DNA from: Candidatus Omnitrophota bacterium
Lineage (GTDB): Bacteria > Omnitrophota > Gorgyraeia > Gygaellales > Profunditerraquicolaceae
Length of the DNA: 64,000 bases
Assembly: GCA_963805065.1 (NCBI GenBank)
Contig: CAWDSS010000010.1
Location: 1,112,359-1,176,358, forward strand
Reading direction: 5' to 3'
Shown here: positions 36,978-49,929 of the stretch, piece after piece
Position numbering within the stretch: the stretch's first letter is position 1
Layout of the letters: the number at the start of each line of letters is the position of its first letter
Position numbers and translations under genes: made by a program
Notes under the pieces: model-generated
Told to the model about the DNA's origin: nothing
Databases searched by the model: none
Seen by the model: the letters and a program-made list of their open reading frames with translations, nothing else

Positions 36978-38192
36978 ATGTTTAATACAATTTCAGAGAT
37001 ATTGGAAGATTTAAAAAAAGGCAGGATGGTCATTGTGGTTGATGACGAGGACCGCGAAAATGAAGGCGACCTTGTTATGGCTGCCTCTTTTACTAAGGCC
37101 GAAGACATAAATTTCATGGCGAAATTCGGCAGAGGCCTTATTTGTGTCCCCATGGAAGAAGACCGGCTTAGACTATTGGGTTTAGAGCCGATGTTAAAGG
37201 ATAATATTCATCCTGCGAATAAAGAAGATCCTTTTAAAACTGCCTGGATGATTTCAGCTGATGCTGCTAAAGGCATAACCACGGGAATTTCTGCTCATGA
37301 CCGCAGCCGCACTATAGAAGTTTTAATAAATCCGCTCTCCTTAGCCGAAGACCTGATTCGCCCCGGCCATATTTTTCCTTTAAGGGCGCGCCGCGGAGGA
37401 GTTTTGGTACGCGCAGGGCACACTGAGGCGACAATAGATTTGATGCGGCTTGCAGGGCTGTATCCCGCAGGAGTTATCTGCGAAATCATGAATGACGACG
37501 GTTCCATGGCCCGCCTACCGCAGCTTCTGGAATTTTCCCAACGCCATAATTTAAAGATTTGTTCCATTGCCAGCCTCATAGAATACCGTCGGCGCTCAGA
37601 AATTTTGATAGAACGCGTTACGCAAACACGTCTTCCCACTGAATTCGGAGAGTACAAACTCATACTTTATCGGGACCTTACCAATAACAAAATTCATACC
37701 GCGTTGATTTTGGGGGATGCGGATAATAAAGGAATGCTTGTAAGGGTGCACTCTGAATGTTTGACTGGGGATGTCTTCGGGTCTTTGCGCTGTGATTGCG
37801 GCAGGCAGCTTAAGCGCGCTATGGAAATCATTCATAAAGAAAGAAAAGGGGTAATCCTGTATATGAATCAGGAAGGAAGAGGCATTGGTTTGGTTGATAA
37901 AATACGTGCCTACAGCCTACAGGATAAGGGATTGGATACCGTAGAAGCAAATGAAATGTTGGGCCATGCTGCAGACCTTAGGGATTACGGCATAGGCGCA
38001 CAGATATTGGTGGATTTAGGTTTAAAGAATATCAGGCTCCTGACAAATAATCCGCGTAAGATTGTAGGTTTAGAGGGTTATGGGCTTAAAGTCATTGAGC
38101 GCGTTCCCTTAGAGATTGAGCCCAATCCTATAAATTATAATTACCTGAAGACAAAAAAAGAAAAATTAGGGCACGATCTGAATATTGAATAA
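36978..38192 (+). CDS. ribBA: Bifunctional 3,4-dihydroxy-2-butanone-4-phosphate synthase / GTP cyclohydrolase II
   Basis: [12 protein letters not shown] (DHBPS) and [20 protein letters not shown] (GCHII). ATG 36978 preferred over the in-frame GTG 36966. Confidence 0.95.
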   Translation: MFNTISEILEDLKKGRMVIVVDDEDRENEGDLVMAASFTKAEDINFMAKFGRGLICVPMEEDRLRLLGLEPMLKDNIHPANKEDPFKTAWMISADAAKGITTGISAHDRSRTIEVLINPLSLAEDLIRPGHIFPLRARRGGVLVRAGHTEATIDLMRLAGLYPAGVICEIMNDDGSMARLPQLLEFSQRHNLKICSIASLIEYRRRSEILIERVTQTRLPTEFGEYKLILYRDLTNNKIHTALILGDADNKGMLVRVHSECLTGDVFGSLRCDCGRQLKRAMEIIHKERKGVILYMNQEGRGIGLVDKIRAYSLQDKGLDTVEANEMLGHAADLRDYGIGAQILVDLGLKNIRLLTNNPRKIVGLEGYGLKVIERVPLEIEPNPINYNYLKTKKEKLGHDLNIE

Positions 38193-38367
38193 GTGAGGAC
38201 AATAGTTTTGGAGAATAAAATTAAAAATGTATCCGACATAACTTATATGTCCGAACTTACCCCACACCCAGAAAGAGATAATTTTAAAACTATCTCTGGG
38301 TGTGGGGTTAATTCGCGCAAATAACTTACGTTGCACTTCGTGCTGCCGTAAGTTATGCGCTCATTAA
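38189..38367 (+). repeat. Intergenic modular hairpin element, copy 3 (ribBA-ribH gap)
   Basis: ATAAGTGAGGACAATAGTTTTGGAGAATAAAATTAAAAATGTATCCGACATAACTTATATGTCCGAACTTAC, then a 12-bp hairpin (38260-38271 / 38296-38307), then ATAACTTACG/CGTAAGTTAT (38321-38330 / 38347-38356), then GCGCTCATTAA. Confidence 0.9.
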
Positions 38368-38378
38368 GGAGGAGGAAA

Positions 38379-38846
38379 ATGTCAAAAGTTATTGAAGCTG
38401 ACTTTATTGCCAAAGGTAAAAAATTCGCTTTAATCGCTTCGCGTTTCAATGATTTTCTCACCAAAGAGCTGGTTTCTGGATGCATTGACACATTAATCAG
38501 GCATGGAGTAGAGGATAAAGACCTGACAGTTGCCTGGGTGCCGGGGGCATTTGAAATTCCATTGATAGCCCAGAAAATTGCCAAATCAAAAGCTTGCGAT
38601 GCAGTAATTTGTTTAGGTACCGTCATACGCGGCTCAACCCCGCATTTCGACTATATCGCTGCTGAAGTATCCAAGGGTATAGCGAAAGTGTCGCTTGATA
38701 CGGGAATTCCGGTAATTTTCGGAGTTATTACTGCGGATACAATTGAACAGGCGGTGGAGCGCGCAGGTACAAAAGACGGGAATAAAGGCCGCGATGCAGC
38801 ACTGTCTGCTATTGAAATGGCCAATTTGTTAAGTCAAATTAAGTGA
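38379..38846 (+). CDS. ribH: 6,7-dimethyl-8-ribityllumazine synthase
   Basis: [17 protein letters not shown] and HFDYIA motifs. ATG 38379 follows AGGAGGAGG. The longer ORF-track start at 38355 lies inside the repeat. Confidence 0.93.
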   Translation: MSKVIEADFIAKGKKFALIASRFNDFLTKELVSGCIDTLIRHGVEDKDLTVAWVPGAFEIPLIAQKIAKSKACDAVICLGTVIRGSTPHFDYIAAEVSKGIAKVSLDTGIPVIFGVITADTIEQAVERAGTKDGNKGRDAALSAIEMANLLSQIK

Positions 38847-38860
38847 GGATATAAGTATTA
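38839..38860 (+). repeat. Stub of the hairpin-element 5' module (TTAAGTGAGGATATAAGTATTA) in the ribH-nusB gap
   Basis: Matches the first ~20 nt of the family. Its TGA (38844-38846) is the ribH stop. Confidence 0.6.
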
Positions 38861-38864
38861 AACC

Positions 38865-39278
38865 ATGCGTAAACGCACAAAAGCCAGGGAATTTGCTTTG
38901 CAGGTTCTTTATCAGATGGATATAACTCATGATGATGTCGGTGTCTCCTTAGGCAGTTTTTGGCAATCGCTGGAAGAAGATTTAGATACAGAGCTTAAGG
39001 ATTTTACTGAGGCGTTGGTTAAAGGGGTAGCCCAGAATTTAAAGACTATTGATGCAAAGATAACTCAATTTGCCGCCAACTGGAAGCTTGAACGTATGGC
39101 TGTAGTAGACAGAAATATCCTGCGCTTAGGCTGTTTTGAACTTTTGTTTAGAGAAGATATCCCGCCGAAAGTATCAATCAATGAAGGTGTTGAGCTTGCC
39201 AAGAAATATTCAGGCCCTGACGCAGGAAAATTCGTCAACGCTATCCTGGATAAGGTTAAGATAGAGAAAAATAAGTGA
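38865..39278 (+). CDS. nusB: Transcription antitermination factor NusB
   Basis: RTKAREFALQVLYQMD N-terminus and ILRLGCFELLF. ribH-nusB adjacency is classical. Confidence 0.93.
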   Translation: MRKRTKAREFALQVLYQMDITHDDVGVSLGSFWQSLEEDLDTELKDFTEALVKGVAQNLKTIDAKITQFAANWKLERMAVVDRNILRLGCFELLFREDIPPKVSINEGVELAKKYSGPDAGKFVNAILDKVKIEKNK

Positions 39279-39446
39279 GGACATAAGTTATGGAGAATAA
39301 AATTAAAAGTGTATCCGACATAACTTATATGTCCGAACTTACCCCACACCCAGCAATAATATTTGAGTTATATTTTTCTGGGTGTGGGGTTAATTCGCCC
39401 AAATAACTTACGTTCACTTTCGTTCCGTAAGTTATGGGCTCATTAA
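39271..39446 (+). repeat. Intergenic modular hairpin element, copy 4 (nusB-PHP gap)
   Basis: Same three modules as copy 3. The 12-bp hairpin is at 39342-39353 / 39378-39389 with a different loop. Ends GGGCTCATTAA, 1 nt before ATG 39448. Its TGA is the nusB stop. Confidence 0.9.
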
Positions 39447-39447
39447 A

Positions 39448-40266
39448 ATGAAATTCGCCGATTTACATTTACATACCGTATTCTCCGACGGTACCTGTAC
39501 TCCCGAGGAATTAGTTAGGCAAGGAGCAAGTTCAGGATTAAGCGCCCTGGCTATTGTTGATCACGATACTGTCGGAGCTATCGGATTGGCTAACAGGGCA
39601 GCCGAAGGCAAGAATATCGAGATTATCCCGGGAATTGAATTAAGTGCAGAATACGAAACTTTCGAGGTCCATATCTTGGGTTATTTGATTGAGTATGAAA
39701 ACAGCTGCCTGCTGGAGAAATTAAATACACTTAAGAAGAACCGGATAGAACGCGTTTACAAAATTGTGGAGAAATTAAAAGAGATGGGCGTAATTTTGAA
39801 TCCGCAGTCTATATTCGACTTGGCAAAACAGGGTACCGTAGGCAGGATGCATATTGCCAGGGCAATGGTTAATGAAGGAAAAGTAAATTCGGTTTTTGAG
39901 GCTTTTCAAAAATATATTGGGGACAAGTGCCCGGCGTATGTTTTAGGGTTTAAATTCTCTCCAGAAGAAGCGATAAAACTGATTAAAGAAACAAAGGGTA
40001 TTCCTGTTTTAGCGCATCCTTACACCGTTAGAGATGATCTGTTGGTTAAATTTATTGATTTTGGCCTTATGGGTCTTGAGGCGTATTATCCGGAACACTC
40101 GCAATCGATGACTAACTTTTATACTAATCTTGCCGCCAGACATAATTTATTGACTACCGGCGGTTCTGATTTTCACGGAGATGCAAAGCCCGAAGTCAAA
40201 ATAGGCTCAATAAAGATACCTTATACGCTAGTGGAAAGATTAAAGGAAGCCAAGAAGGAATTATGA
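39448..40266 (+). CDS. PHP-domain metal-dependent phosphoesterase (TrpH/YciV-like)
   Basis: N-terminal DLHLHTVFSDG, later DHD and HP motifs typical of PHP phosphoesterases. ATGA overlap with ribD. Confidence 0.85.
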   Translation: MKFADLHLHTVFSDGTCTPEELVRQGASSGLSALAIVDHDTVGAIGLANRAAEGKNIEIIPGIELSAEYETFEVHILGYLIEYENSCLLEKLNTLKKNRIERVYKIVEKLKEMGVILNPQSIFDLAKQGTVGRMHIARAMVNEGKVNSVFEAFQKYIGDKCPAYVLGFKFSPEEAIKLIKETKGIPVLAHPYTVRDDLLVKFIDFGLMGLEAYYPEHSQSMTNFYTNLAARHNLLTTGGSDFHGDAKPEVKIGSIKIPYTLVERLKEAKKEL

Positions 40267-41354
40267 AAAAAGACAATTTATATTTTATGAAATTAGCAAT
40301 GCAGTTGGCGTTGAAAGGCAAGGGTAAGACTTCTCCCAATCCTATGGTCGGCGCCCTGGTGGTAAAAAACGGCAGGATAATTTCAAAAGGCTTTCATGAA
40401 AAATGCGGCTTTGCACACGCAGAGGCAATAGCTTTGAATAAGGCAGGCAACCTTACCAAAGGCGCTACGCTTTACGTAACTTTAGAGCCCTGCGCGCATT
40501 TCGGAAGGACGCCGCCTTGCGTTGAAGGCATCATCAAAAGCGGTGTAAAGAAAGTTGTTGTGGGCATGATTGACCCAAATCCTTTGAATAACACAAGGGG
40601 GATAAATATATTAAGGCAAAATAAAATAAAAGTAGAAGTGGGTTTCCTGGAAGAAGAATTAAGGAGGATGAATGAGGTCTTTATAAAATATATTACCAAA
40701 AGAACCCCCTTTATTACCGTCAAGGTTGCCGAATCTCTTGATGGCAAGATAGCTGCCAGGGGAGGCGATTCCAAATGGATTACCTCTGACAAATCTTTAG
40801 CATTTGGGCACCGTTTACGCAAAGATTATGATGCGATTATGGTGGGAGTTAATACAATTATCAGAGATAACCCCAAATTAAACGCCTGGTTTTCCAAAAA
40901 GAATCCCGTAAAAATCGTGATAGACAGTGAATTAAGCACTCCGCAAGACGCGAATATTTTTTCCGGAAATAGTCAGGTAATAATCGTTACCTTGCCACAT
41001 CCTCCCGGGCAGGAAACTGAAAACAGAGGAATTTTGGAAAAAAAGGCTAAGATTCTGGAAGTAAAAGAAAAATCAGGGGAAGCAAACTTAAGGGATGCGG
41101 TTAAGAAACTTGCTCAGATGGAAATAACCAATATCCTCGTTGAAGGAGGAGGCACATTAATCGGTTCACTGTTTGATGAGGGCCTTGTGGACAAAATATT
41201 ATTTTTTGTGGCACCGAAAATTATCGGCGGAAAAGATGCGATAAGCTCGGTAATGGGGCATGGTATATCGCGCATAGATAAAGCAATAAAAGTTAAAGAT
41301 ATAAAATTTAGGCGCCTGGGAGAAGATTTTCTGTTCGAAGGGCGAATTAGTTAA
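40263..41354 (+). CDS. ribD: Bifunctional diaminohydroxyphosphoribosylaminopyrimidine deaminase / 5-amino-6-(5-phosphoribosylamino)uracil reductase
   Basis: Deaminase zinc motifs HAEAIAL and LEPCAHFGRTPPC, plus a C-terminal reductase domain. 363 aa. Confidence 0.95.
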   Translation: MKKDNLYFMKLAMQLALKGKGKTSPNPMVGALVVKNGRIISKGFHEKCGFAHAEAIALNKAGNLTKGATLYVTLEPCAHFGRTPPCVEGIIKSGVKKVVVGMIDPNPLNNTRGINILRQNKIKVEVGFLEEELRRMNEVFIKYITKRTPFITVKVAESLDGKIAARGGDSKWITSDKSLAFGHRLRKDYDAIMVGVNTIIRDNPKLNAWFSKKNPVKIVIDSELSTPQDANIFSGNSQVIIVTLPHPPGQETENRGILEKKAKILEVKEKSGEANLRDAVKKLAQMEITNILVEGGGTLIGSLFDEGLVDKILFFVAPKIIGGKDAISSVMGHGISRIDKAIKVKDIKFRRLGEDFLFEGRIS

Positions 41355-41355
41355 T

Positions 41356-41955
41356 ATGTTTACCGGCATAGTTGAAGAGCGAGGCGAACTAAAAACAATA
41401 TCCAGAATCAGGAATGTTGTTTTATTGGGAATTAAAGCTAAAAAAACTTTGGAAGATACAAAAATCGGAGACAGTATTTGCGTAAGCGGGGTTTGCCTTA
41501 CCGTGGTCAAAATCGAAGAGGGCTGTCTTTTCTTTGAAGCCATCCCAGAGACATTAAAAGTTACTACCTTAGGGTTACTGAAGATTGGGGATAAGGTTAA
41601 TCTTGAGCGCAGTTTGAAATTAGGCGACAGGATATCAGGGCACTTTGTTTGCGGACATATTGACTACATGGGGATTATCCGTAAGAAAGTATACTTAGAG
41701 GGTAATCTGTGTCTTGAGATTGTTTCTCCCGCAGGATTTTTCGAATATATATTGCCCAAAGGCTCTATTGCCATAGATGGGATAAGCTTGACAGTTGTCA
41801 ATAAAAAATCCAATACCTTCACGGTTTATATCATTCCTCACACATTAAAGAATACTTCGCTAGAATTTAAAGGCCCTTCAGATAAGGTCAATATTGAGTT
41901 TGATATACTTGCCAAAAGAGCATGTTCAGGCAGCAAATCATTGCGAACAAATTAA
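41356..41955 (+). CDS. ribE: Riboflavin synthase alpha chain
   Basis: MFTGIVEERG N-terminus and duplicated lumazine-binding repeats (GDSICVSGVCLTV / GSIAIDGISLTV). Confidence 0.95.
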   Translation: MFTGIVEERGELKTISRIRNVVLLGIKAKKTLEDTKIGDSICVSGVCLTVVKIEEGCLFFEAIPETLKVTTLGLLKIGDKVNLERSLKLGDRISGHFVCGHIDYMGIIRKKVYLEGNLCLEIVSPAGFFEYILPKGSIAIDGISLTVVNKKSNTFTVYIIPHTLKNTSLEFKGPSDKVNIEFDILAKRACSGSKSLRTN

Positions 41956-42110
41956 ATTTCTGATATACTTATATTTTAAGTTAAGATTTAGCCACGGATG
42001 CAAAAAGATTATCGGGGCGGTATGATTATCCCCTTTCGCATTGAAGTCTTTGAAGTAAACGGAACTAGCTAAGGCTTCAGGGGATTTCGCCACGGAGAAC
42101 AAAAAATTAA

Positions 42111-42188
42111 CGGGGCGTGGCTCAGTTTGGCTAGAGCGCAGCGTTCGGGACGCTGAGGTCGACAGTTCAAGTCTGTCCGCCCCGACCA
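42111..42188 (+). tRNA. tRNA-Pro (anticodon CGG), CCA encoded
   Basis: Hand-folded cloverleaf. Acceptor CGGGGCG/CGCCCCG, D stem GCTC/GAGC, anticodon stem CAGCG/CGCTG with loop TTCGGGA, T stem GACAG/CTGTC with loop TTCAAGT, discriminator A plus CCA. Confidence 0.93.
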
Positions 42189-42201
42189 TCACTATTATTC
42201 G

Positions 42202-42471
42202 ATGGAAAAGCAGGTGCATGTATATTATTCAGGAAGAGTCCAGGGCATAGGTTTTCGTTTCACTGCTGAAGTAATTGCCAGAAACCTGGAAGTCAATGGA
42301 TGGGTAAAAAACCTGGATGACGGCAGGGTGGAAATTGTTGCTGAGGCACAAGAAGAAATATTAAAGAATTTTTTACAACAGATAAATGAGCGTTTCAAGC
42401 GCTATATCCGTGATACAGAAGTTGAATTTATTGAGGCAACAGGGCAATTTAAAGAGTTTGGTATCAAGTAG
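42202..42471 (+). CDS. acyP: Acylphosphatase
   Basis: [12 protein letters not shown] and [12 protein letters not shown] signatures. 89 aa. Confidence 0.9.
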   Translation: MEKQVHVYYSGRVQGIGFRFTAEVIARNLEVNGWVKNLDDGRVEIVAEAQEEILKNFLQQINERFKRYIRDTEVEFIEATGQFKEFGIK

Positions 42472-42498
42472 GGTAGTTGATGCGGAGAGCTGTGCTTC

Positions 42499-45758
<3,260 letters not shown>

Positions 45759-45762
<4 letters not shown>

Positions 45763-46379
45763 TTCTAGAGACCGTTGTAGTAGGCGCTATGCAGGCTAAT
45801 TGTTATATCCTGGCAAACTCTGCAAACTCCCAAGCGATAATTATTGATCCCGGAGACCAGGTGCGTAAAATAAGACAAGTTTTGGACAAACATAAATTAA
45901 GGCCAGCCTTCATCATTAATACCCACGGACATTACGACCACATAGGCTGTGATGACAAGTTCGGCTTACCGGTGCATATACACAAAGACGATATCCCTTT
46001 GTTAAAGGACCCTCAGCTTAATCTTTCAGGCTTATTTTATTTGAATTACAAAGTTAAATCGGAAATAAAACCGCTGGAAGAAGGAAGCGTGATAGAACTT
46101 GATGGCATGAAATTAAAAGTATTGCATACCCCGGGCCATACTTCCGGAGGCATCTCGCTGCTTTTGCAAAATCCGAATAATAAAATTATATTTACAGGAG
46201 ACACGCTTTTTTTTCAAGGGATAGGAAGGACTGATATGGCCGGAGGCAATGAAGCTTTGCTTAAAAAAGCCATAACAGAAAAACTCTTTACCTTAAGCCC
46301 TGATACGCAAGTTTACCCGGGGCACGGGCCTTCTACTACCATAGCCGATGAAAAAGCAAGTAACCCCTTTTTAATTTAA
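45759..46379 (+). CDS. MBL-fold metallo-hydrolase (GloB-like)
   Basis: HxHxDH motif THGHYDHIG, then HTPGHT. Confidence 0.85.
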
Positions 46380-46380
46380 C

Positions 46381-47268
46381 ATGAAAGAATTAATCGATGC
46401 GTTCTTAAATTACCTGTCTGTTGAGCGCGGCTTATCAAATAACACGATAATTTCTTACAGGGAAGACCTTAACTCTTACCTGGATTTTATGACTAAACAA
46501 CATATCGAAGCGCTATCCAGGATAGCAAAAAACGACGTAATAAATTTTATGCTTAACCAAAAAGATAAAGGTATCTCTGCGAATTCCATTGCCAGGAGGC
46601 TTGCTGCCATAAGGATGTTCCACAGGTTCCTTGCCAGGGAAAGAATTTTAAAATCCGACCCCACGAATCTTATCGACTCCCCAAAGCTATGGAAAAAGAT
46701 ACCCGATACGCTGTCTTTAAATGAAGTAGAAGCTTTAATTGCGCAGCCGGATATCAGGGACAAGCAGGGTATACGGGATAAGGCGATATTAGAGACCCTA
46801 TATGCAACTGGTATGCGCGTCTCAGAGGCAACGAACTTAAAAATCGAAAATGTAAATTTGGATGTCGGGTTTTTGCGTTGCATCGGCAAGGGGGACAAAG
46901 AGCGGGTAATACCTTTGGGCAAAAAGGCCATTGCCGCATTAAAAAGGTATTTGGAAGTTTCGCGGCAGCATTTCCTGAAAAATAAGCAATCGGAGTTTTT
47001 GTTCATAAGCCGCCTTGGCAAAAAGGTTTCCCGCCAGTCTTTGTGGAAAATTATTAAGAAATACGCTAAACTCGCGCGCATTAAAAAACCTATAAAGCCG
47101 CATATCTTGAGGCATTCGTTTGCCACTCATTTACTGGAAAGAGGTGCTGATTTACGGTCCGTACAGGAAATGCTTGGCCATTCCAACATTTCTACAACTC
47201 AAATTTATACGCACATTAATAAGGACAGGCTAAAGACAATACATAAGATGTATCATCCCAGGCCCTAA
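46381..47268 (+). CDS. xerD: Tyrosine recombinase XerD/XerC family
   Basis: N-terminal SAM-like core-binding domain. Catalytic ATGMRVSE, HILRHSFATHLL and LGHSNISTTQIYTH (Tyr). Confidence 0.88.
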   Translation: MKELIDAFLNYLSVERGLSNNTIISYREDLNSYLDFMTKQHIEALSRIAKNDVINFMLNQKDKGISANSIARRLAAIRMFHRFLARERILKSDPTNLIDSPKLWKKIPDTLSLNEVEALIAQPDIRDKQGIRDKAILETLYATGMRVSEATNLKIENVNLDVGFLRCIGKGDKERVIPLGKKAIAALKRYLEVSRQHFLKNKQSEFLFISRLGKKVSRQSLWKIIKKYAKLARIKKPIKPHILRHSFATHLLERGADLRSVQEMLGHSNISTTQIYTHINKDRLKTIHKMYHPRP

Positions 47269-47270
47269 AA

Positions 47271-48554
47271 ATGGAAGAATATTTAAATAAGTTACCCAAA
47301 GAATTGCTGGATTTAATATACTTGGCTAAAGAAATAGCCATGCGTAATAATTTGCCAATTTATTTGGTAGGCGGCTTTGTGAGGGATTTAATCCTGGGCG
47401 TAAAGAATTTGGATTTGGATATCGTCGTAGAGGGTAATGGTATAGATTTTGGAGAAGAACTTGCCAAGTGCCTTAAGGCAAGAGTTATCCCCCACCCTAG
47501 ATTCAAGACCGCTACTATCATATTAAGTAACCAGCTTAAAATAGATATTGCTACTGCCAGAAAAGAATTCTATCCCTTGCCGGCGTATCTTCCGGTAGTG
47601 GAAAGCTCTAATCTAAAAGACGACCATTTCCGAAGGGATTTTACCATTAATGCCATGACAATAAGCATAGGCAAAAATAATTTTGGAAAATTAATTGATT
47701 TCTTTGGAGGCAGGCAGGATTTAAGACACAAGAAAATCAGGGTGTTACACACCTTAAGCTTTATTGATGACCCTACCCGTATATTAAGGGCGATTCGTTT
47801 TGAGCAGAGGTATGATTTTAAGATTGAGCCGGGTACGCTTAAATTATTGAAACAGGCAGTAGCGCTTAAAATGCTGGAAAAAATAGAGCCCCAAAGGACC
47901 CGCGATGAATTAATCCTTATGTTAAAAGAAAAACGGCCGATAAAAGAAATTAAAAGGATTAAGAGCTTGGCAGGGTTTAAATTTGTACATAGGCACCTTT
48001 CAGTATCAAAAAGGACATTGAAGCTGTTAGCCTCAATTGAACGTGAAATTAACTGGTTTAAGAAAGTAAATTCTTCCCGCAGGTCTTTGGATACCTGGCT
48101 GATTTATTTTATGGGATTAACGGATTGTCTTTCGGCCAGTGATTTAAAGCAGGTTTGCGCTAAGTTTGGCCTTAAGAAAGGCGAAGAAAAAAGAATGCTT
48201 TCTCTTAAGAAGATAAGGCAAAAGAATGTCCTTGCTTTAAGCACAGTAAAAACCAAGCCCGCAAGAATTTTTAATCTTCTTGAGCCGCTAAGCTACGAAG
48301 CAATACTATTGCTGAAGGCTAAACACAAAGATAATAATTTAAGGCGGCATATCAAAGATTTCTTTGAGATTTACAATGATATGCGGCTGTTTGTTTCCGG
48401 CAAAGACCTAAATAACCTGGGTATACCAGCGGGCCCATATTACCAGAAAATATTCTCTAAAATTCTGAACGCAAAGCTTAACGGCCTGGTTAAAACCAGG
48501 GAAGAAGAAATAGCTTTAATAAGAAAATTAGAAGGAATCCAGTCGCTCAAATAA
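47271..48554 (+). CDS. cca: CCA-adding enzyme / poly(A) polymerase family class-II nucleotidyltransferase
   Basis: GGFVRDLILG...DLDIVV head-domain motifs and RRDFTINA. Confidence 0.8.
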   Translation: MEEYLNKLPKELLDLIYLAKEIAMRNNLPIYLVGGFVRDLILGVKNLDLDIVVEGNGIDFGEELAKCLKARVIPHPRFKTATIILSNQLKIDIATARKEFYPLPAYLPVVESSNLKDDHFRRDFTINAMTISIGKNNFGKLIDFFGGRQDLRHKKIRVLHTLSFIDDPTRILRAIRFEQRYDFKIEPGTLKLLKQAVALKMLEKIEPQRTRDELILMLKEKRPIKEIKRIKSLAGFKFVHRHLSVSKRTLKLLASIEREINWFKKVNSSRRSLDTWLIYFMGLTDCLSASDLKQVCAKFGLKKGEEKRMLSLKKIRQKNVLALSTVKTKPARIFNLLEPLSYEAILLLKAKHKDNNLRRHIKDFFEIYNDMRLFVSGKDLNNLGIPAGPYYQKIFSKILNAKLNGLVKTREEEIALIRKLEGIQSLK

Positions 48555-48593
48555 AAGTTGATTTGATTAACCATGAAATGGAGTTGATTTAAA

Positions 48594-48995
48594 ATGTCAA
48601 GACTTGACAGGGTTACCGAGGCGATAAGAAAAGAAGTGAGCATGATTTTACACGATGAATTAAAAGACCCAAGGCTGGGTTTTGTTACCATAACCAAGGT
48701 TACGATGACTGCTGACTTAAGGTCTGCTAAAGTATTCTTTAGCGTGTTAGGCAAAGAAGAGGAACACAAAAAAAGCAAACTGGCGCTTGATTCAGCGCTG
48801 GGGTTTATCCGTAAATTAGTTGCGGAAAGGATAAATTTAAGATTTGCCCCGGAGATTGCGTTTGTAGAAGACAGGTCAGTTGAATACAGCGTAAGAATTG
48901 AAGAAATCCTGAATGAGATAAAAGCAGAAACACAACCACGAAAGGAAAGCACAGGTGGGGTTAAAAAAAGTCGTAGAGTCCATAAAAAGAAATAA
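48594..48995 (+). CDS. rbfA: Ribosome-binding factor A
   Basis: RVTEAIRKEVSMILHDELKDPRLGFVTITKVTMTADLRSAKVFFS is RbfA-like. Confidence 0.92.
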   Translation: MSRLDRVTEAIRKEVSMILHDELKDPRLGFVTITKVTMTADLRSAKVFFSVLGKEEEHKKSKLALDSALGFIRKLVAERINLRFAPEIAFVEDRSVEYSVRIEEILNEIKAETQPRKESTGGVKKSRRVHKKK

Positions 48996-49929
48996 TAGAT
49001 TCTTGCTTACAGTCCATACAAATCCTGAAGGAGACGCCTTGGGTTCAGAGCTCGCTTTCTATTTTCTGCTTAAAAAAATGGGAAAGCAGGCGTTTATTTT
49101 AAATGAGGATGAAGTGCCCTATGGTTATAATTTTTTGCCGGGGGTAAGATACATTAAGAGACCCGGCACTCAAAAACGTTTTAAGAAAATGGATTTCGAT
49201 TGTTTTGTGGTATTGGATTGTTCTGATCCCCAGAGGACAGGCAGTGTCTATGGGGCTAATGCAAAGGGTAAGCTTATCCTGAATATCGATCATCACATCA
49301 GCAACAATAATTTCGCTGACGTCAATTGGGTAGAGCCGAAAAGTTCTTCCACTTCAGAAATGGTTTATAAGCTATTCAAGAAATTAGGGCTAGCTTTGGA
49401 TAAAGATACGGCTACTTGTTTATATGTGGGCATGCTTACAGATACAGGGTCATTCAGGTATTCTAATACCTCAAGTTCCACCCATAAAGCTGTTGCCAAG
49501 TTGCTTAACTTTAAACTGGATGTCCCGCAGATTTATAAAAATATTTACGAGAATATCCCATTTGAGGACATGAAATTATTAAGCAGGATATTGCCCGATA
49601 TGAAACGGGATTCATTAGGTAAAATTATCTTTTTTCAAATAGGAAAAAAGCTTTTAACCAACAGGAAACTTTCTTTTGACCTTACCGAATCTGTACTCAG
49701 TTTCGGCCGCGCCCTGAAAGATGCGCAGGTAACCGTGTTATTTAAAGAGAACTTAGGCGTTAAGGATGAAGTAAGGGTAAATTTCAGGTCGCAGGGCAAA
49801 GTTGATGTAAATAAGATCGCGCAGTTTTTCGGCGGCGGCGGCCATAAAACCGCAAGCGGCGCCACCATCCACGGAAAAATTAGTCAAGTCAGGAAAAAAG
49901 TTTTAGCTAAAATAAAAACAAGTCTTTGA
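48955..49929 (+). CDS. nrnA: DHH/DHHA1 phosphoesterase (NrnA-like oligoribonuclease / pAp phosphatase)
   Basis: HTNPEGDALGS, NIDHHISN (DHH) and GGGGHKTASG (DHHA1). GTG start overlaps the rbfA end. Confidence 0.85.
   Translation: MGLKKVVESIKRNNRFLLTVHTNPEGDALGSELAFYFLLKKMGKQAFILNEDEVPYGYNFLPGVRYIKRPGTQKRFKKMDFDCFVVLDCSDPQRTGSVYGANAKGKLILNIDHHISNNNFADVNWVEPKSSSTSEMVYKLFKKLGLALDKDTATCLYVGMLTDTGSFRYSNTSSSTHKAVAKLLNFKLDVPQIYKNIYENIPFEDMKLLSRILPDMKRDSLGKIIFFQIGKKLLTNRKLSFDLTESVLSFGRALKDAQVTVLFKENLGVKDEVRVNFRSQGKVDVNKIAQFFGGGGHKTASGATIHGKISQVRKKVLAKIKTSL

Noticed and set aside
38321-38356. ATAACTTACG-N16-CGTAAGTTAT resembles loxP-type arms (ATAACTTCGTATA...TATACGAAGTTAT), and xerD is in the window. 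This raised the possibility of a tyrosine-recombinase site.
   Set aside because: The spacer is 16 nt, against 6-8 nt for known sites. The arms are only 10 bp. The motif occurs within a multi-hairpin RNA-like element in transcribed gaps. The resemblance to lox is limited to a few bases.
41938-42219. 93-aa ORF on the minus strand.
   Set aside because: It runs antisense through tRNA-Pro (42111-42188) and the intergenic region. It is a spurious shadow ORF.
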